This document shows positions 31,794-42,040 of a DNA stretch of 64,000 nt, piece after piece. Origin of the DNA: an uncultured Clostridium sp. (GTDB taxonomy: Bacteria > Bacillota > Clostridia > TANB77 > CAG-508); contig CANPNZ010000003.1 of NCBI GenBank assembly GCA_947575605.1, positions 41,665-105,664 on the forward strand. The letters are read 5' to 3'. How positions within the stretch are numbered: the stretch's first letter is position 1; every line of letters starts with the position of its first letter. A model generated the notes under the pieces. It was not told the DNA's origin, did no database searches, and was given only the letters and a program-made list of their open reading frames with translations. A program made the translations under genes and the position numbers.

Positions 31794-32249
31794 TTAAACG
31801 TCTTCTTTATTCACATCTTTTAACAACTCTAATTGAGAAATTAACAAAGACTCCATTTTTGCCTTATAAATATCAAATTGTTTTTTCACATCTTCTAATT
31901 CTTTTTTCTTAGCTATAATTTCATTATCTAAATCACTCACTTGTTTTTGAGCGGTACTCTTTGCTTCATTAATAATTTGTTCTGCTTGTTGCTGTGCTAC
32001 TTTTTTCACATCATCTGCTGTTGTTTGTGCCATTATTAAAGTATTTTGCAAAGTTTCTTCAATTGTTTTATAATGTTCTAAGCTTTTAGTTAATTCTTCT
32101 ACTTTTGATTTTAATTCCGTTGCTTCTTTATAATTTTTGGAATAATCTGCTGTTAAATCATCCAAAAAATCATCTACTTCTTCTACACTATATCCATTCA
32201 TCATTTGTTTTGAAAATTTTTTGTTCTCAATATCTAATGGTGTTATCAT
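31794..32249 (-). CDS. DivIVA-domain protein
   Basis: MITPLDIENKKFSKQMMNGYSVEEVDDFLD is a canonical DivIVA N-terminus. Confidence 0.85.
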   Translation of the reverse strand: MITPLDIENKKFSKQMMNGYSVEEVDDFLDDLTADYSKNYKEATELKSKVEELTKSLEHYKTIEETLQNTLIMAQTTADDVKKVAQQQAEQIINEAKSTAQKQVSDLDNEIIAKKKELEDVKKQFDIYKAKMESLLISQLELLKDVNKEDV

Positions 32250-32272
32250 ATTTTCCTCCTTGAATAAACGGA

Positions 32273-32764
32273 TTAGTTAACTCCGTTGTTTTTTAACCAT
32301 GAAACAGAAAGTTTGCTTTTCATTTCTTCTCTTGCCATTTCATTGGCTATTTCATAGTTTGATGGTGCTACTAAAAAGATGGAATTAGATACTTTTTGAA
32401 TGTATCCATCTAACGCATAAACTCCACCACTAATAAAGTCTACTATTCTTCTAGCAACATCTTTATTGACATATTCTAAATTAACAATAATAGATTTCTT
32501 CTCTTTTAAAAAGCTACAAATTTCATCTGATTGTTCAAATGTTGTAGGTTGTGATATTACCATTTGAATTGCATTCGCATTTGCTTGTGGCATAGCAACC
32601 ACTTTATCTTTATTATTTCTTCTTCCAAATAATTTTCTATCCTCTACTTCTTCTACTTCATCTTCTTCATCATAATCATATACATTTTCTTCGTCATATT
32701 CGCCTTCCTCTACTGCATCCATTCCAAATAATCCCCATACTTTGTCCATCAATGCTCCTGCCAT
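32273..32764 (-). CDS. sepF: Cell division protein SepF
   Basis: Acidic linker, then a DUF552-like C-terminal domain (IVNLEYVNKDVARRIVDFISGGVYALDG). Confidence 0.8.
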   Translation of the reverse strand: MAGALMDKVWGLFGMDAVEEGEYDEENVYDYDEEDEVEEVEDRKLFGRRNNKDKVVAMPQANANAIQMVISQPTTFEQSDEICSFLKEKKSIIVNLEYVNKDVARRIVDFISGGVYALDGYIQKVSNSIFLVAPSNYEIANEMAREEMKSKLSVSWLKNNGVN

Positions 32765-32890
32765 AAAAAAAACCTCCTAATTACTTTCCTTTGTTTTATT
32801 TTTATTTAGTATCTACTTTTTTTACAAAATTGTCAATATTTTTTACCAATGTTATTATTTTTTAATATTTTTGTAATATTTCTGTAATAT

Positions 32891-34153
32891 TTATTCTATA
32901 TTTTCCAAATTTGGATTCAATAATATTTCATCATAAAGTGATATTTTTTTATATTTTGCTATCTCCTCATTGGTAAATCCTAACTCTTTCAATTCTTCCG
33001 TTGAATAAGTTTCTACAATAGAATATTTTTCTCCTTGCTTTTTTATTTTTATCAACATTTTACTTAAATATCCTGCTCGATTTCTAACGACATAGTTTAA
33101 TTCGTTTTCTGTTACAATTGCTTGATTTGGTACTTTTAATCCTGTATCATCCCACCAAATTAAATCAAAAGTAATTTTTCGATAATTGATTAATTCCTCT
33201 ATTTCTTTTTCTATTTTTAATATAATGACAACTTCTTGGTCATTTTCTTTAATCAAATTTGTTATTTCTGCCAATACTTCTGTATTATTGGATAACCTGA
33301 TTTTTATTTTTTTCCCTATCTCTGCGTTTTTTGCTTCTTCGGAAGATGATACTGTTACAATATAGCAATAAAAATTGTCGATTACTTTTCCGCTTTCTTC
33401 ATTCGTTGCTACTAATTTTCCTGTTTTTAAATCTAAACTTTCCAAATATTCTTTACTTAATGAACTAAAATTATCTGGTGTTAAAACTTCCTCTAAACCA
33501 TCTACTTTATAGGATACAATTCCACTTACTGGTGCTTTTACATATTCTGCCCCCGAATTCAATTGACTTTCATATCCTTTTCTTTCTTCTATTAATTGAT
33601 TTAAGTAAGAACCTTTTGGGCTTAAGTCTCCAGCAATCTGTGCCTTTTTTGTCACTAAATCACTAATGTTTTTCTTATATTCTGCTAATTTACTACTATC
33701 TTCTATTTGGTTAATATCGGCAACTTTTTCGTCGATTTGGTTTTCTAATAATTTCATATCTGAACTAAATAAACTTGTATCATTTAACATAACTTCTTGT
33801 ATCTTATGGTCTAAGTCTTCTATTTTCTTTTTTAGTGTTTCTTCATTTGAACTATAATATCGAAAAATATTTTCGTCTTTAGCTGCTCTCTCTCCTTCTG
33901 ATTTTATCTGCATCATTCCATTTTTATAGTTTTCTCCTTTTACTACTGTTTCCTTTCTAATGACATAACCTATATCTGTTTCTTCCTGATATAACTTACC
34001 CTCTTCTATGGTAAAAATATTGGTTGGTTGCTTAACCAGTAAATAAATAGCATAGGCAACATAGCATAAAATGGCTACTAATGTAATAGATACCATTACT
34101 TTTTTCTTTTGTGAAGATGATTTCTTTTTCACCTTTTTACTTTTTTCTTTCAA
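32891..34153 (-). CDS. Membrane-anchored coiled-coil protein, HlyD/membrane-fusion-like
   Basis: N-terminal TM, long coiled coil, beta-rich C-terminus; TTG start. The assignment is tentative. Confidence 0.5.
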   Translation of the reverse strand: MKEKSKKVKKKSSSQKKKVMVSITLVAILCYVAYAIYLLVKQPTNIFTIEEGKLYQEETDIGYVIRKETVVKGENYKNGMMQIKSEGERAAKDENIFRYYSSNEETLKKKIEDLDHKIQEVMLNDTSLFSSDMKLLENQIDEKVADINQIEDSSKLAEYKKNISDLVTKKAQIAGDLSPKGSYLNQLIEERKGYESQLNSGAEYVKAPVSGIVSYKVDGLEEVLTPDNFSSLSKEYLESLDLKTGKLVATNEESGKVIDNFYCYIVTVSSSEEAKNAEIGKKIKIRLSNNTEVLAEITNLIKENDQEVVIILKIEKEIEELINYRKITFDLIWWDDTGLKVPNQAIVTENELNYVVRNRAGYLSKMLIKIKKQGEKYSIVETYSTEELKELGFTNEEIAKYKKISLYDEILLNPNLENIE

Positions 34154-34227
34154 GGCTTCTCATCCTTTCTAAAAAACTAAAATGTTTTTTTCTTCTAATG
34201 TTAATATTAACATTTATAGCAACATCC

Positions 34228-35145
34228 TTATTTTTCTATATTTTTTAATATGATATTTATATTATCTTCTATACTAGCTTGGCCGTCTAGCCATATGGTT
34301 TGCTTATTTTTTCGAAACCAAGTCATTTGTCTTTTGGCATATCTTCTTGTCTCCATTTTTATTTTTTCTATCATCTCTTCTTCTGTCGTATCTCCTTTTA
34401 AAAATTGTACTACTTCTTTATATCCTAATCCCTGCATTGCTGTTGGAAATTTGTCATGTTTTTTCAAAATTTCTTGTACTTCCTGTATTAATCCCTGTTG
34501 TAGCATTTGATCCACTCTTTTATTAATTCTTTGGTATAATATTTCTCTATCCCATTTTAACGCATATACTTGATAATCATATTCTAATGGTTTTTTCCTA
34601 GATTCTATTTCTTGTTCTGTTTTAGTTTTTCCTGTGGCATGATAAATTTCTAAAATTCTAAGAATTCTTTTTTCATCATTTTGGCTTATTTTTTGTATGG
34701 CCAATGGGTCTGTTTCTCTGGCCTCTTCATATAAAATTTCTAGCCCTTCTTGTTGCACTCTCTTCTCTAAGTTTTTTCGATAATTTTCATCAAATTCTAT
34801 ATTCGGATATTCTATCTCATAAATCAAGCTATCAATATAAAGACCTGTTCCCCCTACTACAATCGGTATTTTCCCTTTTGCTATGATTTCTTTGATTGCT
34901 TTTTTGGCATTTTTCTTATAATCTGCGACACTATACCTTTCTTCTGGTGATACAAAATCCATTACATAATGTTTTACACCTTGTTTTTCTTTTTGTGTTG
35001 GTTTGGCTGTTCCTATATCCATCTCTTGATATATTTGCATAGAATCTGCTGAAACAATTTCACCATTTATCTTTTTGGCTAGTTCTATTGATAACCCTGT
35101 TTTGCCAGAGGCTGTTGGACCACATATTACAATCACCTTTTCCAT
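34228..35145 (-). CDS. miaA: tRNA dimethylallyltransferase MiaA
   Basis: GPTASGKT P-loop. AAAGGAG lies 8 nt before the ATG at 35145. Confidence 0.92.
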   Translation of the reverse strand: MEKVIVICGPTASGKTGLSIELAKKINGEIVSADSMQIYQEMDIGTAKPTQKEKQGVKHYVMDFVSPEERYSVADYKKNAKKAIKEIIAKGKIPIVVGGTGLYIDSLIYEIEYPNIEFDENYRKNLEKRVQQEGLEILYEEARETDPLAIQKISQNDEKRILRILEIYHATGKTKTEQEIESRKKPLEYDYQVYALKWDREILYQRINKRVDQMLQQGLIQEVQEILKKHDKFPTAMQGLGYKEVVQFLKGDTTEEEMIEKIKMETRRYAKRQMTWFRKNKQTIWLDGQASIEDNINIILKNIEK

Positions 35146-35164
35146 TTTGCCACTCCTTTTCATC

Positions 35165-35190
35165 GGGATTAAGGAACATCCCCTAATCCC
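35165..35190. repeat. Family-C REP-like hairpin overlapping the 3-prime end of the 145-aa gene
   Basis: GGGATTAAGGAACATCCCCTAATCCC; compare 6841-6870. Confidence 0.65.
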
Positions 35191-35606
35191 TGATACATTC
35201 TTAAAATGGTTTCTTGTGTATCTTTCATGTAATTACTTTCTAAAATAAGACATACGATAAACACTATTATTAATATAATAATTCTTTTTCCTAGTATTTC
35301 TTTCTTGGTTTCATCTTCTTGTATTTTATCCCAAATTCTTGCTATTTGTGGCATGATTATGATGCCATTAATTCCCGTAAAAATAGCTACTAAAATGTTT
35401 TGTATTCCTTTTTGCATTTCTGGATTCTCATAGATAATTCCTCCTTTTGTCATTTGAAAAACAAATAAGGTTATTACATACATAAGGATGATTCCAATTA
35501 CCATAAAGATTACTTTTTTTGTTTTTGCCATAAAACCTAAACTTTGCCAAGTCCAAGCCATTAAAACTAAATAGATAATAATTGCTGTTATAACGATTAA
35601 TGCCAT
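35169..35606 (-). CDS. Small integral membrane protein (145 aa)
   Basis: Four hydrophobic helices. The last codons (GLGDVP) are encoded by the REP. Confidence 0.6.
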   Translation of the reverse strand: MALIVITAIIIYLVLMAWTWQSLGFMAKTKKVIFMVIGIILMYVITLFVFQMTKGGIIYENPEMQKGIQNILVAIFTGINGIIIMPQIARIWDKIQEDETKKEILGKRIIILIIVFIVCLILESNYMKDTQETILRMYQGLGDVP

Positions 35607-35620
35607 TTTTATGTTCCTTT

Positions 35621-38131
35621 CTACTTTCTAGCAAATTTTCTCTCAATATCATATTTTGTCATTTTAATAACTGTTGGTCTCCCATGTGGACAAGTAAATG
35701 GATTTGGCAATTCTAATAGCTTGTCCATTAAAGCTTCTACCTCTTTTTCATCTAATGCCATATTGGCTTTTACTGCTGCTTTACAGGCTACTGTTGCAAT
35801 GAATTTTTCTTCTTTTTCTTGTTTGGCTGTTCTTGCTACTGTATTGATTTCATCTAATGTTTCTAAAAATAATTCTTTCGTATTTAAATCAATACAAACG
35901 GTTGGTACCCCATTTAATTTTATGGTATTGTCTCCAAATTCTTCTAAACTAAATCCTGCTTGCTCAAACATTTCCATATTTTCTCTGGCTATATCCATTT
36001 CTTTATGGGATAATGTCATAACGTCTGGCAATAATAACATTTGAGAGTCTTTGTTTTTCTCACTGTAATAATTTTTCTTTACTTTTTCGTACATAATTCT
36101 TTCATGGGCAGCATGTTGGTCTAATATGTACATTTCTTTGTCTATTTCTAATATAATGTAAGTTTTGAATACAATTCCAACAAATTTGTAGGTTGGTTTT
36201 TGGAATTCTTCTGTTTCTTCAAATACAGATACATTATCTTTTATAATATCAACTGCACTCGTTTTTTGCTGTTCTTCTCTCTCTTTTTCTTCTATTTCTC
36301 TTTCTTTTTCAATTGGCAATCTTCCAAACATTTTAGCATACATTTCATTAAAATCTTTGGAAACTACTTCTGGATTGTTATTTAAGTCTTGCATTTTTTG
36401 TTTGATTTCTTCAAATTCTTTTTGAATTTCTGGGTCTTCTATATTTTCTATGATTTCTTCTGCTTTTTCTTCCCCTGGTTCTTGCGTATTATTGTGTTTG
36501 CACTCTTCTTCCTTTTCTGGCTGTTTTTCTGTCTCTTTTTCCTCTTCGTTTTCGTTGTCTAATTGTTCTTTTATTGATTCCTCTTCTTTTTCTTCTGTTA
36601 CTTGTTCTGCTACTACAACTTCATCATTATTTTCATTTACTTTTTTTTCTGATTCGTTTTCTGTTTTTTGTTGTTCCTGTTTTTCTTCTGCTATTTCTTT
36701 TATTACTTCTTCTTCCTTTGTTTTTTCCTCTATGGTGTCATTTGCTATTTTTGCTTCTTCTTTTGCTTCTAACTTATATTCTGTTTCTGTATCTTTTAAT
36801 CCCACTACTGGTGTTATATTTTTCTTTTCTAAATCTTTTACAATTTTTTCTTTCATTTCTCTTAATTGTTTTAAAACATCAGATGTGTCAATTGGTGTTC
36901 CTATTTCTTTTAACTTAGGTGTCTGCTCTTCTTCTTTTTGACCTTGAAAAACTTCCTCTACATGATTGGTTTTTATACTACTCTCTTCTTCTGTGTACTT
37001 TTCAATCTTCTTTTCATTTTGCTTTCTAAATCCAAATAAGCCGCTACTATTATTTGAGTTCTCTTTCTTGGCTTCTCTAATGCTTTTTAATCTTTCTTCA
37101 AAGCTTACTTCTCTAGGTGTTGTCGCCGTATTTACTACCAATTCACTTTTTAATAAAGTATCTTTTATGGCATGATAAATAGATTGAAATATTTTGTTTT
37201 CTTCTTCAAAACGTACCTCCAATTTTGCTGGATGAACATTAACATCCACTTTGGCTGGATTCATTTCGATGTTTAGAATAACAAATCCAAATTTTCCAAT
37301 TGGTATCAAGCCTTTATAAGCTTGCTCTGTCGCAGCTGTTAAAGTTTTGTCTTTGATGTATCTTTTATTCACAAAAAATAATTGATGGGAACGATTGGAT
37401 CTAGCTATTTCTGGCTTTCCAATAACGCCTGAAATCGTGATGTCTTCATATTGATAATTTAGTTCCATAATACCATTGGCTACATCTTTTCCGTAAATAC
37501 TGTATATAACACTTTTTAATTCTCCATTCCCATTGGTTTGAATGACTGTTTTTCCTGTATTAATTAGCTTTATGCTAATTGCTGGATTAACTAATGCTAT
37601 CCTTGTGATGACATCTTCTATATATCCTGATTCTGTATAATCTTTTTTTAAGAATTTATATCTAACTGGTGTATTAAAAAATAAATTTCTAACGGTAATA
37701 GAAGTTCCTGTCTGACATCCTACTTCTTCTTGCTCTAATATGTCTCCCCCTTCTACTACAATTCGATAACCTGTTTCTTGTTCTTGTGTTTTGGATACCA
37801 TTTCTACATTACTAATGGCTGCAATACTTGCTAAGGCTTCTCCTCGAAACCCCATAGAAGTTACTAAGTCTAAGTCATCCGCTGTTCTAATTTTGCTGGT
37901 AGCATGTCTTTCAAAAGCAATTTCTAAGTCGTCTTGTGCAATTCCTTTTCCATTGTCTGTTACTTTTATGTAAGATATTCCTCCATTTTTGATTTCTACC
38001 GTTATATTGGTTGCTCCTGCATCAATTGAGTTTTCTACCATTTCTTTTATGACAGATGCTGGTCGCTCTATTACTTCTCCTGCTGCTATCTTATTAATCG
38101 TTAATTCGTCTAATAATACTATGTTTCCCAT
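35621..38131 (-). CDS. mutL: DNA mismatch repair endonuclease MutL with an expanded E/K-rich linker
   Basis: GEVIERPASVIKEMVENSIDAGA GHKL ATPase motif and DQHAAHERIMYE endonuclease motif; 836 aa. Confidence 0.93.
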   Translation of the reverse strand: MGNIVLLDELTINKIAAGEVIERPASVIKEMVENSIDAGATNITVEIKNGGISYIKVTDNGKGIAQDDLEIAFERHATSKIRTADDLDLVTSMGFRGEALASIAAISNVEMVSKTQEQETGYRIVVEGGDILEQEEVGCQTGTSITVRNLFFNTPVRYKFLKKDYTESGYIEDVITRIALVNPAISIKLINTGKTVIQTNGNGELKSVIYSIYGKDVANGIMELNYQYEDITISGVIGKPEIARSNRSHQLFFVNKRYIKDKTLTAATEQAYKGLIPIGKFGFVILNIEMNPAKVDVNVHPAKLEVRFEEENKIFQSIYHAIKDTLLKSELVVNTATTPREVSFEERLKSIREAKKENSNNSSGLFGFRKQNEKKIEKYTEEESSIKTNHVEEVFQGQKEEEQTPKLKEIGTPIDTSDVLKQLREMKEKIVKDLEKKNITPVVGLKDTETEYKLEAKEEAKIANDTIEEKTKEEEVIKEIAEEKQEQQKTENESEKKVNENNDEVVVAEQVTEEKEEESIKEQLDNENEEEKETEKQPEKEEECKHNNTQEPGEEKAEEIIENIEDPEIQKEFEEIKQKMQDLNNNPEVVSKDFNEMYAKMFGRLPIEKEREIEEKEREEQQKTSAVDIIKDNVSVFEETEEFQKPTYKFVGIVFKTYIILEIDKEMYILDQHAAHERIMYEKVKKNYYSEKNKDSQMLLLPDVMTLSHKEMDIARENMEMFEQAGFSLEEFGDNTIKLNGVPTVCIDLNTKELFLETLDEINTVARTAKQEKEEKFIATVACKAAVKANMALDEKEVEALMDKLLELPNPFTCPHGRPTVIKMTKYDIERKFARK

Positions 38132-38300
38132 TTTCTCTTTTCATTCCTTCCTATACATGCTAGGTTTTTTCTTTCTTTGGCTTTTATTATATCATTACTT
38201 TTTTTATTTTGTATAGGCTTTTATGAAATTTTTTTGTTTATAATAGTTACTATTTCGTTACAACTCACAGTTAAAAAAAATACTGACAAAAATTATGATA

Positions 38301-38330
38301 GACAGACAGGACTTTTCAGCCCTGCCTGCC
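38301..38330 (-). terminator. GC-rich hairpin terminator after the split membrane-protein gene
   Basis: Minus-strand GGCAGGCAGGGC-TGAAAAG-GUCCUGUCUGUC (uses G-U pairs), 53 nt after the stop at 38383. Confidence 0.5.
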
Positions 38331-38382
38331 TTTGATACATTCATATCTTCATTGTTTCTCCGCCTTTTCTGGTTACAATTGC

Positions 38383-38556
38383 TTATGCTTTAGACTTATG
38401 TTTTCTCTCAATCAGAGGTTCATCCCATTCATAGTCGTCCTTTAATTTCTCATATGCTATCACAAAAGCAATGATTGCTATAATGGATAAAGCCCCCCAC
38501 CAAAAGAATTGTTCATTATAGGGATAAATACTTATTCCCTGTGCATCACAGGAATC
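38383..38556 (-). pseudogene. 3-prime part (57 codons plus stop) of a membrane-protein gene split by the integrative element
   Basis: The frame reads DSCDAQGISIYPYNEQFFWWGALSIIAIIAFVIAYEKLKDDYEWDEPLIERKHKSKA* with no start codon. It begins exactly at the GGAATCT repeat. Confidence 0.75.
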
Positions 38557-38630
38557 TCATATTCATATCTACATACAACCCTAAATCCTGAAATATTTAG
38601 TGTGGATATTCATGTCTACGATGCACATTG

Positions 38631-40403
38631 CTATATGTCTGAACATACCTTAATGTGAATTTTGTTTATAATATCTTTTCTTTTATAACCATTTTCTTTT
38701 ACATTAAATACTTCAAAAAATACCTCTGCATCCAGCTCTGTTATTAATGTTTCATCTATATATGTGATTCGATTTTCTTTATCTATTGTATTTGTACCTA
38801 TATTATCAGAATTTAATATAAATTTCAAGGCAAATGGCTTAACACTTCCATCTTTATTGTAATCACCTACAATAATTTCTTTTACCATACATTTAAAAGA
38901 ATTGTCTTCAAACTCATTAATTAATTCGTTATTGTTATTAATATTCTTTCTCATCGTTTGAACTCTTTCTTTTACTTTTTCTTCTGATTTTGATGTAGAT
39001 ATTGCTTTTTCAATCTTTTTATCACAATTTTTTATTTCATCTTCTAATTCTTGTCTTTTCTTTGTGTATGTTTCATCATCTATAATTTCATTTAGATTCT
39101 TTTCTACTAATTTTTCCGTTTGTTTCTTGCAATTTTCTTTCTTAGCTTTTAAATCTTCTATTAAAGAATTTACATTGTATTTTGTTAATAGCTTTTCTAT
39201 TTTATTAAAAAAGTTATCTACTACGTTTTTATTATTCTTTAGTAATTCGTTATGAACTGTAATAAAACATTGCTGCAAAACTTGTTCTGGTATTCCTCTA
39301 CTGTTTGGACAGTTTTCTTTTCCATGTTTAATTGATGATACACAATTCCAACCTACTTTTAAATTATCTTTTTGTCCCCAAGTTTTTCTCGAATATATTC
39401 TGCCACAAAAAGCACATTTAATTTTACCACTAAAGGCATATTTATTTTCAAGTGTAACTTGTCTTTCTCCTGGTTTTGCTCTTGATTTCATTATTTCTTG
39501 TACTTTATTCCAAGTTTCTTCAGATATTATTGCTTCATGATTATTAGAAGTATAATATTGGTCTACTTCTCCCATATTAATCATTCTCTTGTGTGAAATT
39601 GGATCTACAGTAAATGTTAAACCTTGTATTACATCACCTTTATATTTTACATTTTTTAATATTTTCCTTACACTACTATCAGACCATACTACATTTCCTA
39701 GTTTTGTTTCTACTCCTAAATCTGTTAATTCTTTTGCTATAATTGTAGCTCCTGCTCCCTGTAAATATCTATTATAAATATACCTTACTGTCTTTTTCTC
39801 CTCTTCATTTATAGTTATAGAATGATTTTTTCTATCATAATCATATCCTAAACACCCATTAAATCCAATTAGTTCTCCTCTTTCCATTTTTGCTTTGAAT
39901 CCTAATTTTACATGGTTAGATATGTTCTCACTTTCTTGTTGTGCTACTGAACTTAATATTGTTAATACAAATTCGCTAGACATTTCTAATGTATTTATAT
40001 TTTCTTCTACAAAATATACTGCTATGTTCTTTTCTTTTAACATTCTAACATATTTTAATGTATCTACTGTATTTCTAGCAAATCTTGATATTGATTTTGT
40101 AATTATCATATCAAATTTTCCACTAAGTGCATCATTTATCATTCTCATAAAATCACTTCTTTTATAGTCTAATGTCCCACTAATAGCTTCATCCGAGTAC
40201 ATATCAATATATATCCAATCTGAATTTTCTTTTATTTTTGATTTAAAGAATAATAACTGCGATTCATAACTATTCTTTTGGTCTTCATCATCTGTACTTA
40301 CTCTAGCATAAGCTGTTACTCTTAATAGTCCATTAATAACACCTCCATTCCTTCTATCAATTCTTCCATCGAATTTTTTTATTACTTTTACTTTAGCACC
40401 CAT
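38631..40403 (-). CDS. Large serine recombinase (integrase)
   Basis: YARVSTDDEDQ catalytic-Ser resolvase domain, recombinase domain, zinc-ribbon cysteines (CAFCGR...CPNS), coiled-coil tail. GGAGG lies 7 nt before the ATG at 40403. Confidence 0.9.
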   Translation of the reverse strand: MGAKVKVIKKFDGRIDRRNGGVINGLLRVTAYARVSTDDEDQKNSYESQLLFFKSKIKENSDWIYIDMYSDEAISGTLDYKRSDFMRMINDALSGKFDMIITKSISRFARNTVDTLKYVRMLKEKNIAVYFVEENINTLEMSSEFVLTILSSVAQQESENISNHVKLGFKAKMERGELIGFNGCLGYDYDRKNHSITINEEEKKTVRYIYNRYLQGAGATIIAKELTDLGVETKLGNVVWSDSSVRKILKNVKYKGDVIQGLTFTVDPISHKRMINMGEVDQYYTSNNHEAIISEETWNKVQEIMKSRAKPGERQVTLENKYAFSGKIKCAFCGRIYSRKTWGQKDNLKVGWNCVSSIKHGKENCPNSRGIPEQVLQQCFITVHNELLKNNKNVVDNFFNKIEKLLTKYNVNSLIEDLKAKKENCKKQTEKLVEKNLNEIIDDETYTKKRQELEDEIKNCDKKIEKAISTSKSEEKVKERVQTMRKNINNNNELINEFEDNSFKCMVKEIIVGDYNKDGSVKPFALKFILNSDNIGTNTIDKENRITYIDETLITELDAEVFFEVFNVKENGYKRKDIINKIHIKVCSDI

Positions 40404-40483
40404 ATGTTCAACCTCCATATAGTGCTTGCTACATCATATATTGTATACTCTTTTTATTACCGAATCAATTTCAAAAAAATTTT

Positions 40484-40603
40484 TCACAGAATCTTCTTTA
40501 AATGCTCATATTCCTTATCCTTAAGCAATTTTTGCTTATATAAAAAATTCAAAAAGTATATTTCTGTGCTTTTTATTAATAGTTTATTGATGTTTTCAAA
40601 CAT
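40484..40603 (-). CDS. Possible 39-aa ORF upstream of the recombinase
   Basis: GAGGAG lies 9 nt before the ATG; MFENINKLLIKSTEIYFLNFLYKQKLLKDKEYEHLKKIL. No homology can be judged. Confidence 0.25.
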   Translation of the reverse strand: MFENINKLLIKSTEIYFLNFLYKQKLLKDKEYEHLKKIL

Positions 40604-40662
40604 TTATCTCATCTCCTCATATATGACTGTATCAAGCCTTATTAATGTTTATTTTGCAAAAT

Positions 40663-40697
40663 AAATAAGTGAAAGAGTTTTACCCCCTCACTTATTT
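40663..40697 (-). terminator. Terminator-like hairpin after the Fic operon
   Basis: AAATAAGTGA-15 nt-TCACTTATTT. Confidence 0.5.
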
Positions 40698-40765
40698 GCT
40701 CACTAAAGTCGATTTTGTACTCCCCTGTTTTAAAAAATTTTTTATTTTTTTTGAAATTTAAAAGT

Positions 40766-40881
40766 CTATAGGACGAATTTTTTGAATTTTCCGTCCTATG
40801 AATTTTTATAGGACGAAATTTTTATTTTTTTCGTCCTATGGATTTTTATAAGTCAATTTTTTTGACTTTTTCGTCTTATAA
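40766..40881. repeat. Three tandem 35-bp palindromic units with about 40-bp periodicity
   Basis: TATAGGACGAA-N13-CCGTCCTATG; TATAGGACGAAA-N9-TTTCGTCCTATG; TATAAGTCAA-N-CGTCTTATAA. They start 4 bp after the Fic stop. Confidence 0.85.
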
Positions 40882-40884
40882 CTT

Positions 40885-42021
40885 TTATTTTAAAAATAAA
40901 TCTATATAATTTTGAAAAGCAAATACTTGATTTCTACTATATCCAGTTGTTTCTATTATTATATTATTTTCTAACAAAACATTTACTGTATCCTTTAATG
41001 TTGATGGTTTTATATCAGTTATTTCCATTAATTTTTTTCTATTTGTTATTGGTTCATTATACAAAACATCGATTACTTTCTTTGCATTTTCTACTTTGAC
41101 TGGTAAATCTATTATAATTTTATCCATTTCCATTGTAAGTTCAACAACATTTCTAAATTTTTCTTTAGCAATTTTTGATGTTTCAATAACTGCTTCTAGG
41201 AAAAATTTAATCCATCCAATCATATCATTGTGAGTTCTTACTCTTGTAAGCATATCATAATATGTATCTTTATTCCTTTCGATATAATCTGAAATATATA
41301 AACAAGACTTTTCAAGCATTCCTCTACTTTGAATATATAATGGTATAATTAATCTTCCTATTCTTCCATTCCCATCTAAAAATGGATGTATTGATTCAAA
41401 TTGATAATGTAAAATTGCGATTTTTATTAAATCTGGTGTGTCTATTTCTTCATTATTTATAAATTTTTCAAAATCAGATAGGCATTCTGCAATTTCTGTA
41501 TGTGGTGGTGGAACATATACTGCTGTACTCGGCATACTGCCTCCAATCCAGTTTTGTGATGTTCTAAATTCTCCTGGTGTTTTATGTTCTCCTCGAACTC
41601 CTTGCATTAATATATTATGTATTTCTCTTATTAATCTAGTGCATACTGGAAAACCTTCTTTTATTCTTTCTACTCCATAATTTGTAGCTTTCACATAGTT
41701 TTGTACTTCTTCCCAATCATCTCTCTTTTCTGGATTAATATCTGTAACATCTAATAAATCTTCCTCTACCGTTGTTCTTGTTCCTTCAATTCTGCTTGAT
41801 TTATTGGCTTCAATTTTTACATGCATTTTAATGTATAAATCCACATTTGGTATTAATAATGAATAAGCATTTAGTTCTCCAATTTGCCTATTTGCTTCTG
41901 CTAATAGCTTGTCCAATTTTGTATCATCCCATCCCCAGTTGTAATTTATTTTACTTGGAATAAATGCTTTGTAGTCATTCATTTGTATATATTCACCTGA
42001 TTTATATGCTTCTAATTTCAT
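40885..42021 (-). CDS. Fic-family protein (AMPylase type) with an N-terminal inhibitory-helix motif and a C-terminal wHTH-like tail
   Basis: HPFLDGNGRIGR matches HxFx(D/E)GNGRxxR. SSRIEG fits (S/T)xxxE(G/N). GGAGG lies 8 nt before the ATG. Confidence 0.88.
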   Translation of the reverse strand: MKLEAYKSGEYIQMNDYKAFIPSKINYNWGWDDTKLDKLLAEANRQIGELNAYSLLIPNVDLYIKMHVKIEANKSSRIEGTRTTVEEDLLDVTDINPEKRDDWEEVQNYVKATNYGVERIKEGFPVCTRLIREIHNILMQGVRGEHKTPGEFRTSQNWIGGSMPSTAVYVPPPHTEIAECLSDFEKFINNEEIDTPDLIKIAILHYQFESIHPFLDGNGRIGRLIIPLYIQSRGMLEKSCLYISDYIERNKDTYYDMLTRVRTHNDMIGWIKFFLEAVIETSKIAKEKFRNVVELTMEMDKIIIDLPVKVENAKKVIDVLYNEPITNRKKLMEITDIKPSTLKDTVNVLLENNIIIETTGYSRNQVFAFQNYIDLFLK

Positions 42022-42040
42022 TTATATCGCCTCCAAAATC

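Noticed and set aside
35428-35652. A 74-aa minus-strand ORF overlapping the 145-aa membrane-protein gene and the mutL stop.
   Set aside because: It is in an alternative frame of a better-supported membrane-protein gene and has no independent signals.
40766-40881. Possible CRISPR array, given regularly spaced palindromic repeats.
   Set aside because: There are only three units, about 5-nt gaps instead of 25-40-nt spacers, degenerate repeats and no cas genes. It is not a CRISPR array. Nothing CRISPR-like was seen elsewhere in the window.
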